The notes under the pieces: model-generated
What the model saw: only the letters and a program-made list of their open reading frames with translations
Database searches by the model: none
Told to the model about the DNA's origin: nothing
Shown: positions 24,051 through 33,965 of the stretch, in pieces
Position numbering within the stretch: position 1 is the stretch's first letter
Layout: every line of letters starts with the position of its first letter
Program-made: the position numbers and the translations under genes
DNA from: Archangiaceae bacterium
GTDB taxonomy: Bacteria; Myxococcota; Myxococcia; Myxococcales; Myxococcaceae
Assembly (NCBI GenBank): GCA_043750125.1
Contig: JAYVCD010000376.1
Span: 1 to 37,263, forward strand
DNA length: 37,263 nucleotides
Reading direction: 5' to 3'

Positions 24051-25160
24051 ATGGTTGCTGGCTTTCTCCTCGCTGTACTCTGTGCTGCCGCCCCAGCCAA
24101 GCCAGCGCGATCCTGGGCGCATCAGCTCTTGCGAGATCAGTGCCTACAATTCGCAGGGGACCCCAAGAATCCTTGGGCGATGGCCCACGGCATCTGCGCC
24201 TTTGGTACCGCTTACCCGACAGTCGATGGGAGAAAAGCGGCAGACGTGATCATCGGCGACTACCTCAAGAAGAACCCCGCCTTCGATGGCGGCCCCGCAA
24301 CCGGGGGCCCCTATGGCTTCGCGCGCTACGCCGTCGATGGAACGCCGGTCGAGCCCCATACCCACCTGTTGGTGAAGACGCTGGTGCTGGCCGGGGATCC
24401 GCTGACGACGAAATACCCGACCGGCTGGGGGACCGTCAGCCTCGGCGAGCTGGTCGCTTCGGTGAAGCTCGGCTTTCGCCACGTGCCTTCGAGCGAAGAA
24501 TATTGGCGAGACGTGGGGTGGACGCTGGACCTCTTCTCGCACGTGCTCAAGACAGGGAAGGGCGCGAAGTTTCAGACCTCGGAAGGCAAAGAAGTCGACT
24601 TCAACCTCGTGATGGACGACGCGCTCACCTACCTCGAGGAGGCCGAATCGGACCTGCGACTGGGAATGGAAAAGGGCCTTCCGCAGGTCGACAAACGAAA
24701 GCAGGGCATCTACGGGCACAGCTGTGGGGGACTGCACCTGGTGCAGGCGGTGCTGGGCTGGTCGCGCTTTCCCGAGGTGAAGAAGGCGTGGGGCAAGCGG
24801 CTGGACCTGCAGGTGGCGATCTTGTTCTACCGCCTCGAGTCCGAGCGCCGACAATACGACGCGGCGCTTGGGCAGGCGCCGCAGTACCGGCTGCAGATCC
24901 TCACCCAGATGCTGAAGTTCTACGGTCACTTTCTCGAGACGACTGCGCGGCTCAAAGACGAGACCGGTTGGAAGCCGACGACGCTGCAGAAACAATCAGT
25001 CGAAAAAGCGAAGGCGCTGCTCGATTCGACGCTGCGTCAGCTCGAGGCGGACAAGACATTTTCGAAGATGGCCGAGCTGCAGAAGAGCGCCCCTCAGATC
25101 TACCTCGATCTGATCGGCGACTCGTGTCACGCAGCCCATGGTTGGGAGGGATGGCAATGA
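24051..25160 (+). CDS. Secreted hypothetical protein with His/Cys motifs
   Basis: Signal peptide and GC3-rich frame. Motifs PWAMAHG, EPHTH, HSCGGLH, YGHFLE and GDSCHA. Start is TTG 24048 or ATG 24051; coupled to the next gene. Confidence 0.75.
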   Translation: MVAGFLLAVLCAAAPAKPARSWAHQLLRDQCLQFAGDPKNPWAMAHGICAFGTAYPTVDGRKAADVIIGDYLKKNPAFDGGPATGGPYGFARYAVDGTPVEPHTHLLVKTLVLAGDPLTTKYPTGWGTVSLGELVASVKLGFRHVPSSEEYWRDVGWTLDLFSHVLKTGKGAKFQTSEGKEVDFNLVMDDALTYLEEAESDLRLGMEKGLPQVDKRKQGIYGHSCGGLHLVQAVLGWSRFPEVKKAWGKRLDLQVAILFYRLESERRQYDAALGQAPQYRLQILTQMLKFYGHFLETTARLKDETGWKPTTLQKQSVEKAKALLDSTLRQLEADKTFSKMAELQKSAPQIYLDLIGDSCHAAHGWEGWQ

Positions 25161-28120
25161 AGAGAATCTTTTGGGCGCTGGGTCTGGTCGCTTTTTCGGT
25201 GGAGCTCATCGGCTGCGCCAAAGAGGGGTGCCTGACCGGCGAAGCCGAATGCCACCTGCGTTCGCCTTGCCCGAAGGTCACGTTCACCTGCGATGAGGCG
25301 CTGGCCTCTCAGCTGTCGATCGACACGATCGCGACGGCGCTGCAGCGGCCCGGCGGGTGGGACGCGATCGGAACGAAGGGCGATGTGCTGCTGAAGAATG
25401 CCTTCACCGAAGCGGTGGTGGCAGCGATTGGGAACCAGACCAACCTCGACCCCGGAGGCGGGTCGTTGATCGATCTGGCGACTGCCGGGCAGAAGAACGA
25501 CGCGCTCAACCAGATCCTCACCGTGACCGGCGTGTTGCCCGACGACGCGGCGAAGTACACCAGCCTCACGATCATCGATGAACGCCCCGCGCGGGTCGCG
25601 GTCGAGGTCAAAGGAACGCTGCAGAACCGCAAAGACATTCTCGTCTACACCCGCTACGAGCTGACCCCCTGCGATCACGGGGTTCGGGCGCGGACCGAGA
25701 TCGTCAACAAGGGCACCGACACCCAGCTGTGGATGTTGGGCGATGGCTACTGGTGGGGGAATCGCGAACCCCTGCCCTTCGCGCCCGGAATCGGAAGTGG
25801 TTGGACCCACGCGCCCTTTACGCTGAGCAGCATCAACGACGTGGTCCGCACGTTCCCGTTCATGTCTGCGAACTCGCACTCGGATCAGCACGTCAGCTAC
25901 AGCGCGGTGTCCTGCACCGACAAGACGATGGAAGGTTTTCACAGCCCAGTCGTTTCGTTCGCCGGTCTGAAACGCACGGTAGTTCCTCCCCGCGGCTATC
26001 TGACCTTCGATCGGTATTTCGCGGTCGCGCCGGGAAGCAGCGTCGCCGAGGCAACCGACCTGACGATGGAAATTCGCCGGCAGGTGCTGGGCGAGAAGTT
26101 CGTCACTCTGACCGGAAAGGTCGAGCGGATGGGGGCCCTGAAGCTCGACAGCGAACGCGAGACGATGATCCTCGTCAGCGAAGGCACCGAGGCGACTCCG
26201 GTCGAAAAACGAACCCCCTGGACCACCGCGGTGCCCAACGACCGGGGCTTGTTCTCGATGCGCGTTCCGGCGGGCAAGAGCTACTTCGCCGAAGTGCACT
26301 CGTTCGGGCAAAAGCAGATCGGTCGAGACTTCCCCAACGTCGCGGAGGATCTCGACCTGGGAACGTTCACCTTGAACTCCACCGCCCGGGTGACCTTCGA
26401 AGTGAAGGACGCCGACACGCTGGCGGGGCTGGACGCCGAGATCTTCGTCGTCCCCGCCGACGCGGCGATGAAGGCGAAGTTGGCCGGCTCGTTGATGGGG
26501 CAGTTCACCACCTGCTCGCCCTGGCTGGGCCCGCCCCCGGGCGCCTCGCCTGCGTGCAACCGGATTCTGGTGCGCGAAGGGACGGTGACGGCTGAAGTGC
26601 CGGTCGGCAAGTTCTACATCTATGCCTTCCACGGCCCGTTCTGGACCTTGAGCCGGCAGACCGTGGAGCTCACGGCGACGAACCAAACGCTCAGCTTCAA
26701 CCTGCGAAAGCTGGCGTTGCCCCTGACCGGCACGGTCGGGGCGGACCTGCACGTTCACGGAGCGGCGAGCTTCGACAGCTCGATTCCCGACCTCGACCGG
26801 GTCCTTTCTTTCGCGGCCTCTGAGCTCGACGTGATCGTCGCCACCGATCATGACGTCGTTTACGACTACAGCGACCTGGTGAAGCAGTTGGGCCTGTCGG
26901 GAAGAATGACCGCGATCACCGGAGTCGAGACGACCGGTCACATTCCCTGGATGCGAATTCCGAACTACGGCTTCCCGTTGGTGATCGGGCACTACAACTT
27001 CTGGCCTCTTCGCTACGACCCGCTCAAGCCGCGCAACGGGGGTCCGTTCGATGAGTTCATCGAGCCCGGCCTGCTGATGGACCGCGCGACCGAGCTGCGA
27101 GACCCGGTTGTCGCCGAGCCGCTAATTGAGCTGAACCACCCCTGGGCCAACGCGGAGTTCGGGCGCGACCTGGGCTTTCCGCGCGCGCTGTCCCTCGATA
27201 TCCGCAAGGACCTGCCGGCCACCGATGACGGGACCTCGGCTGGAATGTACGTGCGGGCCAAGGGCAGCATCCACAAGAACAACGATCACCACGCGCAAGA
27301 AGTGATGAACGGGTCGCAGAATACAGAGCTGCTGCAGTATCGGGCGTTTTGGTTCTACTCGCTCAACCAGGGCCAGCTGAAGACCGGAACCGCGAACTCA
27401 GACTCCCACTCGCTGACCGACAGCACCGTGGGAATGCCGCGCAACCTGGTCTACGCGGGAACCCAGGCGGGCCCGACGTTCGACATCAACAAGTTCAACG
27501 AGGCGATCAAGGCCGGGCGGGTGCTGGGCACCAACGGGCCGATCATCGAAGCGACGGTCGAAGGGGCCACGGGCGAGAAGACGTTCTCGTTCGAGCCGTT
27601 CAAGCCGAAAGACGGAGCCCTGGTGAAGGTCAAGGTGTCGGCCGCCCCGTGGGTTCCGGTGGCTGAGCTTCGTTACGTGGTCAACGGACAGGTGGTGAAG
27701 ACGGTGCCGTGCAACGCCGCAGCCGCAGATCCGTTCGGGTCCACCGAGCTGGTGCGCTACGAAGGATCTGTTCCCCTGGCCGAGCTGCTCACCGGGGTCA
27801 CCGGCGATGCGTGGTTGACGATCGAAGCCGGCTCGCCGTTGCAGCTCGTGGGCGATCTGGGCGGCGGGCTCGATGGAAGCCCGGACGGAATTCCCGACAC
27901 CACCGACAACAACGCAGACGGGAAGGTCGACGCCCAGGACCTGGCCGCCAACGCCAAGTTCGGCCCGTTGAAGAACCTCGAGCCGTTTCCTGAGACCGAC
28001 GTTCGCTTTCACTACAACCAAATCACCGAGGGCTACCCGTTTGCGTTCACCAACCCGTTCATTCTCGATCGGGACGGCGTGCCTGGCTTCAAGGCTCCGG
28101 GCGTAAAGGGAGGCCGATGA
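25157..28120 (+). CDS. Lipoprotein with PHP-domain (CehA/McbA-like) metallohydrolase
   Basis: ATG 25157 with GGAGGG RBS and ATGA overlap. Lipobox-like ELIGC. PHP motifs DLHVH, TDHD, GVE, GHYN, NHP and NSDSH, plus TNGP and AFTNP. The ORF-track start at 24140 is a shadow extension. Confidence 0.88.
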   Translation: MKRIFWALGLVAFSVELIGCAKEGCLTGEAECHLRSPCPKVTFTCDEALASQLSIDTIATALQRPGGWDAIGTKGDVLLKNAFTEAVVAAIGNQTNLDPGGGSLIDLATAGQKNDALNQILTVTGVLPDDAAKYTSLTIIDERPARVAVEVKGTLQNRKDILVYTRYELTPCDHGVRARTEIVNKGTDTQLWMLGDGYWWGNREPLPFAPGIGSGWTHAPFTLSSINDVVRTFPFMSANSHSDQHVSYSAVSCTDKTMEGFHSPVVSFAGLKRTVVPPRGYLTFDRYFAVAPGSSVAEATDLTMEIRRQVLGEKFVTLTGKVERMGALKLDSERETMILVSEGTEATPVEKRTPWTTAVPNDRGLFSMRVPAGKSYFAEVHSFGQKQIGRDFPNVAEDLDLGTFTLNSTARVTFEVKDADTLAGLDAEIFVVPADAAMKAKLAGSLMGQFTTCSPWLGPPPGASPACNRILVREGTVTAEVPVGKFYIYAFHGPFWTLSRQTVELTATNQTLSFNLRKLALPLTGTVGADLHVHGAASFDSSIPDLDRVLSFAASELDVIVATDHDVVYDYSDLVKQLGLSGRMTAITGVETTGHIPWMRIPNYGFPLVIGHYNFWPLRYDPLKPRNGGPFDEFIEPGLLMDRATELRDPVVAEPLIELNHPWANAEFGRDLGFPRALSLDIRKDLPATDDGTSAGMYVRAKGSIHKNNDHHAQEVMNGSQNTELLQYRAFWFYSLNQGQLKTGTANSDSHSLTDSTVGMPRNLVYAGTQAGPTFDINKFNEAIKAGRVLGTNGPIIEATVEGATGEKTFSFEPFKPKDGALVKVKVSAAPWVPVAELRYVVNGQVVKTVPCNAAAADPFGSTELVRYEGSVPLAELLTGVTGDAWLTIEAGSPLQLVGDLGGGLDGSPDGIPDTTDNNADGKVDAQDLAANAKFGPLKNLEPFPETDVRFHYNQITEGYPFAFTNPFILDRDGVPGFKAPGVKGGR

Positions 28121-28986
28121 TGCTCCGCGCTCTGCTGCTGATGATCCCCTGCGCGGCCTGGGGCCAGACGGGCGAGCCGGCCCCGATGCCGGCGGTGCCT
28201 GAAATCGCAGCCCCTGCTCCGGTGCCGGATCAATCGCGGGGATGTGGCCGCTGGAAAGCCGAAGGCCTGGGCGAAGGTCCGATCGCGCTCGGCTTCCTCG
28301 CTGCCGACGTGGTCACCGGCCGACGCGCGTGCCCGAGAAGTGAAGTCGGGGTCGGCGGTCGCTTCGCGGCGATCATCGATACGCCGAACTACTACGGCAA
28401 TCTGGTCGTCGACGGCCTGGTGTTCGGCAGCGTCGCGATCAACCCGAAGACCGAGATCTTTGGGACCCTCGAGGCGGTCGAATACAACTGGGTGCAGAAC
28501 GCATCGCTCAAAGGAAGCACGCTGACGCTTGGGACCTTGACCCTCGGAGCGACCCGCCAGTTCTACGGAAACGACAAATTCCTGGGCGCGTTCAGCGCGC
28601 GGATTCTGCTGCCGACTTCATTCGTCATTCCCAATACCCGGCTGATCGGCGCCGAGCTCGGCCACGCTGCGACCTGGCGGCCCCGAGACTGGCTCGAGCT
28701 GCACAGCTACCTGGGCGTCGACTTCGACACCGCGCTCGGCAGGGGTCCCAGCCTGCCGCGGTTTGGCGCAGTGGTGACCGCCGGGGTGCAGCTGTCGCCC
28801 TTCAGCTTCGCCGCACTGGTGGTCGACGCGACCGGCCGGGTGGGCGCGAAGAGCTTCTTTGCTCCCACGGTGGCGCTGCGCTTCCGCGTCTTCCGGGTGG
28901 GCATCGAGCTGGCCGGGACACTGCCGCTGGTGGGCACCGACCGCCACGACTTCATCATCGGTGGGCGGTTCAGCCTGCGGCTTTAG
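28117..28986 (+). CDS. Hypothetical secreted protein, probable outer-membrane beta-barrel
   Basis: Signal peptide ending AAWG/Q, Pro-rich linker, alternating amphipathic strands and a C-terminal GGRFSLRL strand. ATGA overlap with the PHP gene. Confidence 0.65.
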   Translation: MMLRALLLMIPCAAWGQTGEPAPMPAVPEIAAPAPVPDQSRGCGRWKAEGLGEGPIALGFLAADVVTGRRACPRSEVGVGGRFAAIIDTPNYYGNLVVDGLVFGSVAINPKTEIFGTLEAVEYNWVQNASLKGSTLTLGTLTLGATRQFYGNDKFLGAFSARILLPTSFVIPNTRLIGAELGHAATWRPRDWLELHSYLGVDFDTALGRGPSLPRFGAVVTAGVQLSPFSFAALVVDATGRVGAKSFFAPTVALRFRVFRVGIELAGTLPLVGTDRHDFIIGGRFSLRL

Positions 28987-30287
28987 GGCTTACAGGCCGG
29001 CTGGGGACCGCCGGTGCAGCCGAAGACCAGGGTGTCGATCGCACAGATGCTTTCGGCCACGATCCCCGCGGCAAACAAGTCGGCGACCACCGGCAACGCG
29101 AGCTGGGCGTTCGATTGCTGGCCCGGCGGAGGCTTGGTCGACAGCAGGGTTCGACAGACCTGCGCCGCCGAGTCGATCGCCTGCTCATCCTTTCGCACCG
29201 CGTCCGCGATGGTGCCGATCAGGTGGGGCAGCGCGCCGCGTTCGTCGACGTTCTTCACCCCATTGACGACGCCAATCAGCTTGCCGAACCCGAACTCCGG
29301 CAACCGGTTCGGGCCGATCGCCAGCCGGTAGAGCATGCGGACGACGTCGCTGTTCACGTCCTTCTTCGTCACGCAGTTGAGGACTTTTCGGGTGGGTCCG
29401 ATCAACGCCCGATTGGGGTCGAGCACCACCTTCAGGTCTTCGATCGTCGGCCCCAGGCTCACTTTGTACGGAGCCAGCAGCGGGTTGTTGAGCAGCGCGT
29501 CGAGGTCGGCCGGAGTGCCTGCCTCGACGGCTCCGAGCAGCACCTTCGACAGCGCGACCGCATCGTTCTCGGCCAAGGCGTTGGGGCTGAGCAGATCGAG
29601 AATGGAAGTGCCTCCATCGGTGCCCGCGGTGAGCTTCTCGAGATCGGCCACCAGCTTCTTTCCCTCGGGCGTCTCGAGGTAGTCGGTGAGCGCCACCACC
29701 AGGTCGAGCCCGGCGATCAGCTGACAGTCGGCATCCTGAGAGCACTGCGCGGACAACACCTGCGCGACTTCGTAGTGGGCCTTGCCGTCCTTCCCCTTCC
29801 CGATGATGTAGTTGAACAGCGCTGTGGCCTGGGGGTCGATGAGCTCGAGAGTCCCCAGCCCCTTTCCCTGGTGCACGAGCAGGTCGAGCATCCGGCGGAT
29901 CTCGCACATCTCATTCGACTTCGAGAGCGGCGGAGGAATGGCCGCGCACAACTCTTTGGGCTTCGCGCCCGGCTCGGACGGCTTGCGGGCCAGCGAGGTC
30001 AAGGTGGTGAAGATCGCCCGCATCACGTCGTTGATCGGAGGCGGCTCGCCCTCGCGCTCGGGGACCAGCAGGTGGTCCTTGATCACCTTGCGAAGGTTCT
30101 CGGTTCGCCCTTGATCGATGGCCTTGAGGAAGTTGGGCATCAACTGTTCGAAGCCCTTGCACATCAGCGCTTCGTTCCCGCGGGCCTCGGCGCGAGGGGC
30201 CTGGGCGTTCTCGCCGCCGCACGCGAACGCGATTGCGAACAAAACCGCCGCCAGCAGCAACATCCACAGTCCAGGATCGCGTCGCAT
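28983..30287 (-). CDS. Hypothetical helical lipoprotein
   Basis: MRRDPGLWMLLLAAVLFAIAFAC lipoprotein-type signal. Long GC3-rich ORF with paired Cys residues. Start approximate. Confidence 0.75.
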   Translation of the reverse strand: MRRDPGLWMLLLAAVLFAIAFACGGENAQAPRAEARGNEALMCKGFEQLMPNFLKAIDQGRTENLRKVIKDHLLVPEREGEPPPINDVMRAIFTTLTSLARKPSEPGAKPKELCAAIPPPLSKSNEMCEIRRMLDLLVHQGKGLGTLELIDPQATALFNYIIGKGKDGKAHYEVAQVLSAQCSQDADCQLIAGLDLVVALTDYLETPEGKKLVADLEKLTAGTDGGTSILDLLSPNALAENDAVALSKVLLGAVEAGTPADLDALLNNPLLAPYKVSLGPTIEDLKVVLDPNRALIGPTRKVLNCVTKKDVNSDVVRMLYRLAIGPNRLPEFGFGKLIGVVNGVKNVDERGALPHLIGTIADAVRKDEQAIDSAAQVCRTLLSTKPPPGQQSNAQLALPVVADLFAAGIVAESICAIDTLVFGCTGGPQPACKP

Positions 30288-30336
30288 CGGGGCCAGCACT
30301 CTAGGCCAGCGGGCGGGCACGTGCTCGGGTCCACCC

Positions 30337-31446
30337 TCAGCCGAGCACCTGCCGGGTGTGTTCCCCGAGCTTCGGCGCGGGCCGGTTGGGCAGCGGCCCG
30401 AACTGCAGCGGAGTACGCAGCTGCATCAGCCCCTCGGACTCGATGAACATTCCGCGCGCCTGCAGCTGGGCGTCCTTGAACACTTCATCGCCTTCGAGCA
30501 CCGGTTCGACGCAGACATCGTGTGCGCGGAACACTTCGACCCAGCCGTCGCGGGGCCGGGTCGCGAAGATCTCTTCCATTCGAGCGCGGACCTTGTTCGC
30601 TCCGGGCCCCAGCTCGTAGGCGCCTTCGAAGAGATCGGGCTGGCCCAGTGCGACGCACACCCCTTGAAAGAACTTGGGCTCGAGCGAACCGACCGCCAGG
30701 TACTTCCCGTCGGCGCAGCGGTAGACGCCGTAGCAGGGGTAGCCGCCGTTGAGCGTCTCGACTCCTCGCTGCAATGCGGCGCCCTCGGGGCCCATCGCCA
30801 TTCTCGCCGCCAGGTGCAGGTGCAGAAAGGCCAGCGACCCATCGGTCATCGAGATGTCGACGTACCGACCGACGCCGGTGCGGTGACGCTCGTGCAACGC
30901 GGCCAGAATTCCGACCAGCGCAAATAGACTGCCGCCCCCGATGTCGCCCAGCTGCACTCCGGGCACCGCAGGCGGCCCCCCGGCCCGTCCCCCGTAGCCG
31001 AGCACTCCGGATCGCGCGATGTAGTTGAGGTCGTGCCCGGCGCGCAGGCGATCAGGCCCGGTCTGCCCGTAGCCGCTGATCGCGCAGTAAATGAGCTTCG
31101 GATTCTCGGCGCGCAGCATTTCCCAGCCGACCCCGAGCTTGTCCATCACTCCGGGGCGAAAGCTCTCGACCAGCACGTCGTACTCTTGGACCAGGCGCTT
31201 GAGCTTCGCCGGCCCGTCGGCGCTCTTCAGGTCCAGCGTGGCCGAGCGCTTGTTGCGATTGAGTCCCAGGAACAGCGCACTGTCGTCGCCCTTGAAGGGG
31301 CCCATCTGGCGAAGGTAGTCGCCGCCGTTGGGGTCCTCGATTTTGTCGACGGTCGCTCCGAGGTCGGCGAGCACCAACGTCGCGTAGGGTCCGGGCAACA
31401 GCCGGGACAAGTCGAGCACCCTGAGTCCTTCGAGCGGCAACGCCAT
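30337..31446 (-). CDS. CaiB/BaiF class III CoA-transferase (alpha-methylacyl-CoA racemase-like)
   Basis: Motifs LEGLRVLDLSRLLPGP, LNRNKRS, ESFRPGV, ISGYGQTGP, GHDLNY and APKLGEHT. Confidence 0.95.
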   Translation of the reverse strand: MALPLEGLRVLDLSRLLPGPYATLVLADLGATVDKIEDPNGGDYLRQMGPFKGDDSALFLGLNRNKRSATLDLKSADGPAKLKRLVQEYDVLVESFRPGVMDKLGVGWEMLRAENPKLIYCAISGYGQTGPDRLRAGHDLNYIARSGVLGYGGRAGGPPAVPGVQLGDIGGGSLFALVGILAALHERHRTGVGRYVDISMTDGSLAFLHLHLAARMAMGPEGAALQRGVETLNGGYPCYGVYRCADGKYLAVGSLEPKFFQGVCVALGQPDLFEGAYELGPGANKVRARMEEIFATRPRDGWVEVFRAHDVCVEPVLEGDEVFKDAQLQARGMFIESEGLMQLRTPLQFGPLPNRPAPKLGEHTRQVLG

Positions 31447-31467
31447 CAGCTCTTCCCGTCAAACGAG

Positions 31468-31503
31468 AACGGCGCGAGCCCCAACACCGGAGCGCGCGCC
31501 GTT
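31468..31503 (-). terminator. Stem-loop terminator after the SCP2 gene
   Basis: Minus strand AACGGCGCG-C-GCTCC...GGGGC-T-CGCGCCGTT followed by CTCGTTT, 24 nt past the SCP2 stop. Confidence 0.6.
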
Positions 31504-31526
31504 TGAAAAGTGGATTGAAGCTTGTT

Positions 31527-31853
31527 TCAGCTCAACAGCTTCGCGAGCTTCATCGCCAGGCCCATGTCCATCGGCTTGAACTTGAGCTTGCCCTGCATCG
31601 CCGCCATCTGAGCGTTCATCTGCTTGGCGCGGATCTTCACGAAGTCCTCGTTCGAGACGCTGATCGTCATCTTCGGGGTCCCGTTCGCGCCGCTGCTGAC
31701 CCAATCTGAATCCTTGGTGCAGTCGAGGGTCCAGGTTCCGCCGCCGTCGCCGCTGACGACAAAGTGGACGATCGCGTTCAGGTCTTTGGCCAGCTCAGGC
31801 TTCTCTTTGAGCAGCGTGGGGATTTCAGTCTCGAGGATGTCCTTGGAGGTCAT
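31527..31853 (-). CDS. SCP2 sterol/lipid-binding domain protein
   Basis: HFVVSGDGGGTWTLD...AAMQGKLKF...DMGLAMKL SCP2 signature. ATG 31853 with GAAGG RBS; 108 aa. Confidence 0.92.
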   Translation of the reverse strand: MTSKDILETEIPTLLKEKPELAKDLNAIVHFVVSGDGGGTWTLDCTKDSDWVSSGANGTPKMTISVSNEDFVKIRAKQMNAQMAAMQGKLKFKPMDMGLAMKLAKLLS

Positions 31854-31886
31854 GCGCTTTCCTTCAGGCAGACGGCGAGTGGAAAA

Positions 31887-31904
31887 ATCGATTACAAAAT
31901 CAAT
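31887..31904. promoter_or_regulatory. Palindromic operator candidate upstream of SCP2-CaiB
   Basis: ATCGATT-ACAA-AATCAAT, a 7-4-7 inverted repeat with one mismatch, in an AT-rich patch 33 nt upstream of the SCP2 start. Confidence 0.5.
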
Positions 31905-31939
31905 AACGGCGCGGACCCTAGGCGCGCCAGAAACACAAA

Positions 31940-33880
31940 TCAAGCGGGCCCGAGCACCTGCCACGCGGCTTCTTTTTCGAGCAGCCCGACGAATTCGTCC
32001 AGCGGCATCGCCTTCAGCCCTTCCCCGCCGTACCGCCGCGGAGCGACCGCCTGAGTTTCTTTTTCCTTGTCGCCGATCACCAGGGTGAAGGGGGTTTTCT
32101 GGACCTGGGCGACGGCGATCTTCGCCTGCATCGTCATCCCGCGATCATCGAGTTCGACGCGAAAGCCCTTCGCGACCAGCTTGGCCTGGACCTCGCGCCC
32201 GTAGTCGAGCTGCTTGTCCGAGATGGTGACGATCGCGACCTGAACCGGAGCCAGCCACACCGGGAAAGCCCCTGCGTAGTGCTCGATCAGAATCGCGATG
32301 AAGCGCTCGATGCTGCCGTAGATCGCGCGGTGGAGCACCACGGGCCGCTGCAAGTCATTGTTCGGGCTGACGTAGGTCAAATCGAACCGCTCAGGCGCGG
32401 CGTAGTCGACCTGAAACGTTCCCAATTGCCACTTCCGACCGATGCTGTCTGAGACATCGAAGTCGATCTTCGGGCCGTAGAAAGCGCCGTCCCCCGGCTT
32501 GAGCTCATAGGGGATGCCGAGCGCATCCAACGGCTTCTTCAAAGACGATTCGGCCCGGTCCCACATTGCGTCATCGCCGATGCGCATTGGAGGGCGAGTG
32601 GCGAACTTGGCGGTGTATTTGAGCCCGAACACTCCGTACGCGTGATCGAGCAGGCGCATGAAGTGCTTCAGCTCGTCGGCGATTTGTTCCTCGGTGCAGT
32701 AGACGTGACCGTCGTCCTGCGAGAACTGGCGCACCCGGGTCAGGCCTCCCAGGGAACCGGCGGCCTCGTTGCGATGAAGGACGTCCTGGGTGTGGTAGCG
32801 CAGCGGCAAGTCGCGATAGCTGTGCTTCTTGAAGCCGTAGAGCAGATGGTGCGAAGGGCAGTTCATCGGCTTGAGCGAGAAGTCGTGTTCTTTGGTGTCG
32901 CTGTCTTCGACCAGGAACATGTTCTCTTTGTATTTGCCCCAGTGCCCTGAGATTTCCCAAAGGCCCTTGTTGAACAGCAGGGGGGTCTTCACCTCGACGT
33001 AGCCGTTGCCGAGCAGCAGCTTGCGCATGAAATTCGACAGCACCGTGTAGAGCGTGGTGCCCTTCGGGGTCCAGAACGCAGAGCCCGGCGCGAAGTGATG
33101 GAAGTGAAAGAGGTCGAGCTCTTTGCCGAGCTTGCGGTGGTCGCGTTTTGCGGCCTCTTCGCGCTGCTTGACCCAGGCATCGAGCGCCTTCTGATCGAAG
33201 AACGACGTCCCGTAGATGCGCTGCAACATCGGGTTGCGGTGGTCTCCACGCCAGTACGCGCCCGAGCTCGAGAGCAGCTTGATCATTCCCACCCGACCGG
33301 TCGACGGAGCGTGAGGCCCGAGACAGAAGTCGACCCAGTTCCCGTGGCGGTAGAGCGTGAGGGTCTTCGCGCCCTTCGCCGCGATGTCGTTGATGATCTC
33401 GACCTTGAACTTTTCGCCCATCTTCTCGAAGAGGGCGATCGCGTCGGCCATCGAGACCTCTTCTCGGCGAAACGGCAGATCGGATTTCACGATCTCGTTG
33501 GCGAGCTTTTCGATCTTCTCGAGGTCTTCCGGGGTGAACGGCTGGTCGCGCGCGAAGTCGTAATAAAACCCGTCCTCGATCGCGGGGCCGATGGTGACCT
33601 GGGTGCCGGGGAACAACTGCTGCACCGCGTCCGCGACGATGTGCGCTGCGTCGTGGCGAACGACCTCGAGCCCCTCGGGACTCTTGGGAGTGAAGATCTG
33701 CAGACTGGCGTCGACGTCCAGCGGGCGCGACAGGTCAGAGTCCTGCCCGTTCACCCGCGCGAACAGTGCCGCCTTCGCCAGGCCCGCGCCAATCGAAGTC
33801 TTCACGAACTCGAAAATCGGGGTTCCAGCGGGAGCTTCTTTCTTCGAACCGTCGGGCAAGGTGACAGTGATGGAGGCCAT
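31940..33880 (-). CDS. thrS: Threonine--tRNA ligase
   Basis: TGS start ITVTLPDGS and motifs [52 protein letters not shown] and [10 protein letters not shown] 33880 with GAAGGA RBS. Confidence 0.98.
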   Translation of the reverse strand: MASITVTLPDGSKKEAPAGTPIFEFVKTSIGAGLAKAALFARVNGQDSDLSRPLDVDASLQIFTPKSPEGLEVVRHDAAHIVADAVQQLFPGTQVTIGPAIEDGFYYDFARDQPFTPEDLEKIEKLANEIVKSDLPFRREEVSMADAIALFEKMGEKFKVEIINDIAAKGAKTLTLYRHGNWVDFCLGPHAPSTGRVGMIKLLSSSGAYWRGDHRNPMLQRIYGTSFFDQKALDAWVKQREEAAKRDHRKLGKELDLFHFHHFAPGSAFWTPKGTTLYTVLSNFMRKLLLGNGYVEVKTPLLFNKGLWEISGHWGKYKENMFLVEDSDTKEHDFSLKPMNCPSHHLLYGFKKHSYRDLPLRYHTQDVLHRNEAAGSLGGLTRVRQFSQDDGHVYCTEEQIADELKHFMRLLDHAYGVFGLKYTAKFATRPPMRIGDDAMWDRAESSLKKPLDALGIPYELKPGDGAFYGPKIDFDVSDSIGRKWQLGTFQVDYAAPERFDLTYVSPNNDLQRPVVLHRAIYGSIERFIAILIEHYAGAFPVWLAPVQVAIVTISDKQLDYGREVQAKLVAKGFRVELDDRGMTMQAKIAVAQVQKTPFTLVIGDKEKETQAVAPRRYGGEGLKAMPLDEFVGLLEKEAAWQVLGPA

Positions 33881-33895
33881 GGGTCCTTCAATAGC

Positions 33896-33943
33896 GGAGG
33901 GGAACGGCAAGAGGCAGTCAAAACCTCTGTCGCGTTCCCCTCC
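33896..33943 (-). promoter_or_regulatory. Long stem-loop in the thrS leader / upstream-gene 3' region
   Basis: GGAGGGGAACG / CGTTCCCCTCC perfect 11-bp outer stem plus AGAGG/CCTCT inner stem. It ends 15 nt before the thrS ATG. Confidence 0.55.
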
Positions 33944-33965
33944 CCCTGCCTGACCGACCTTTGGG

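Noticed and set aside
24140-25156. Apparent 339-aa N-terminal extension making a 1326-aa PHP protein
   Set aside because: Arg/Gly-rich off-frame read of the 24051-25160 gene. A lipoprotein signal and RBS mark the true start at 25157.
31889-31903. FNR box upstream of SCP2
   Set aside because: Half-sites are spaced by 6 nt rather than the 4 nt of TTGAT-N4-ATCAA.
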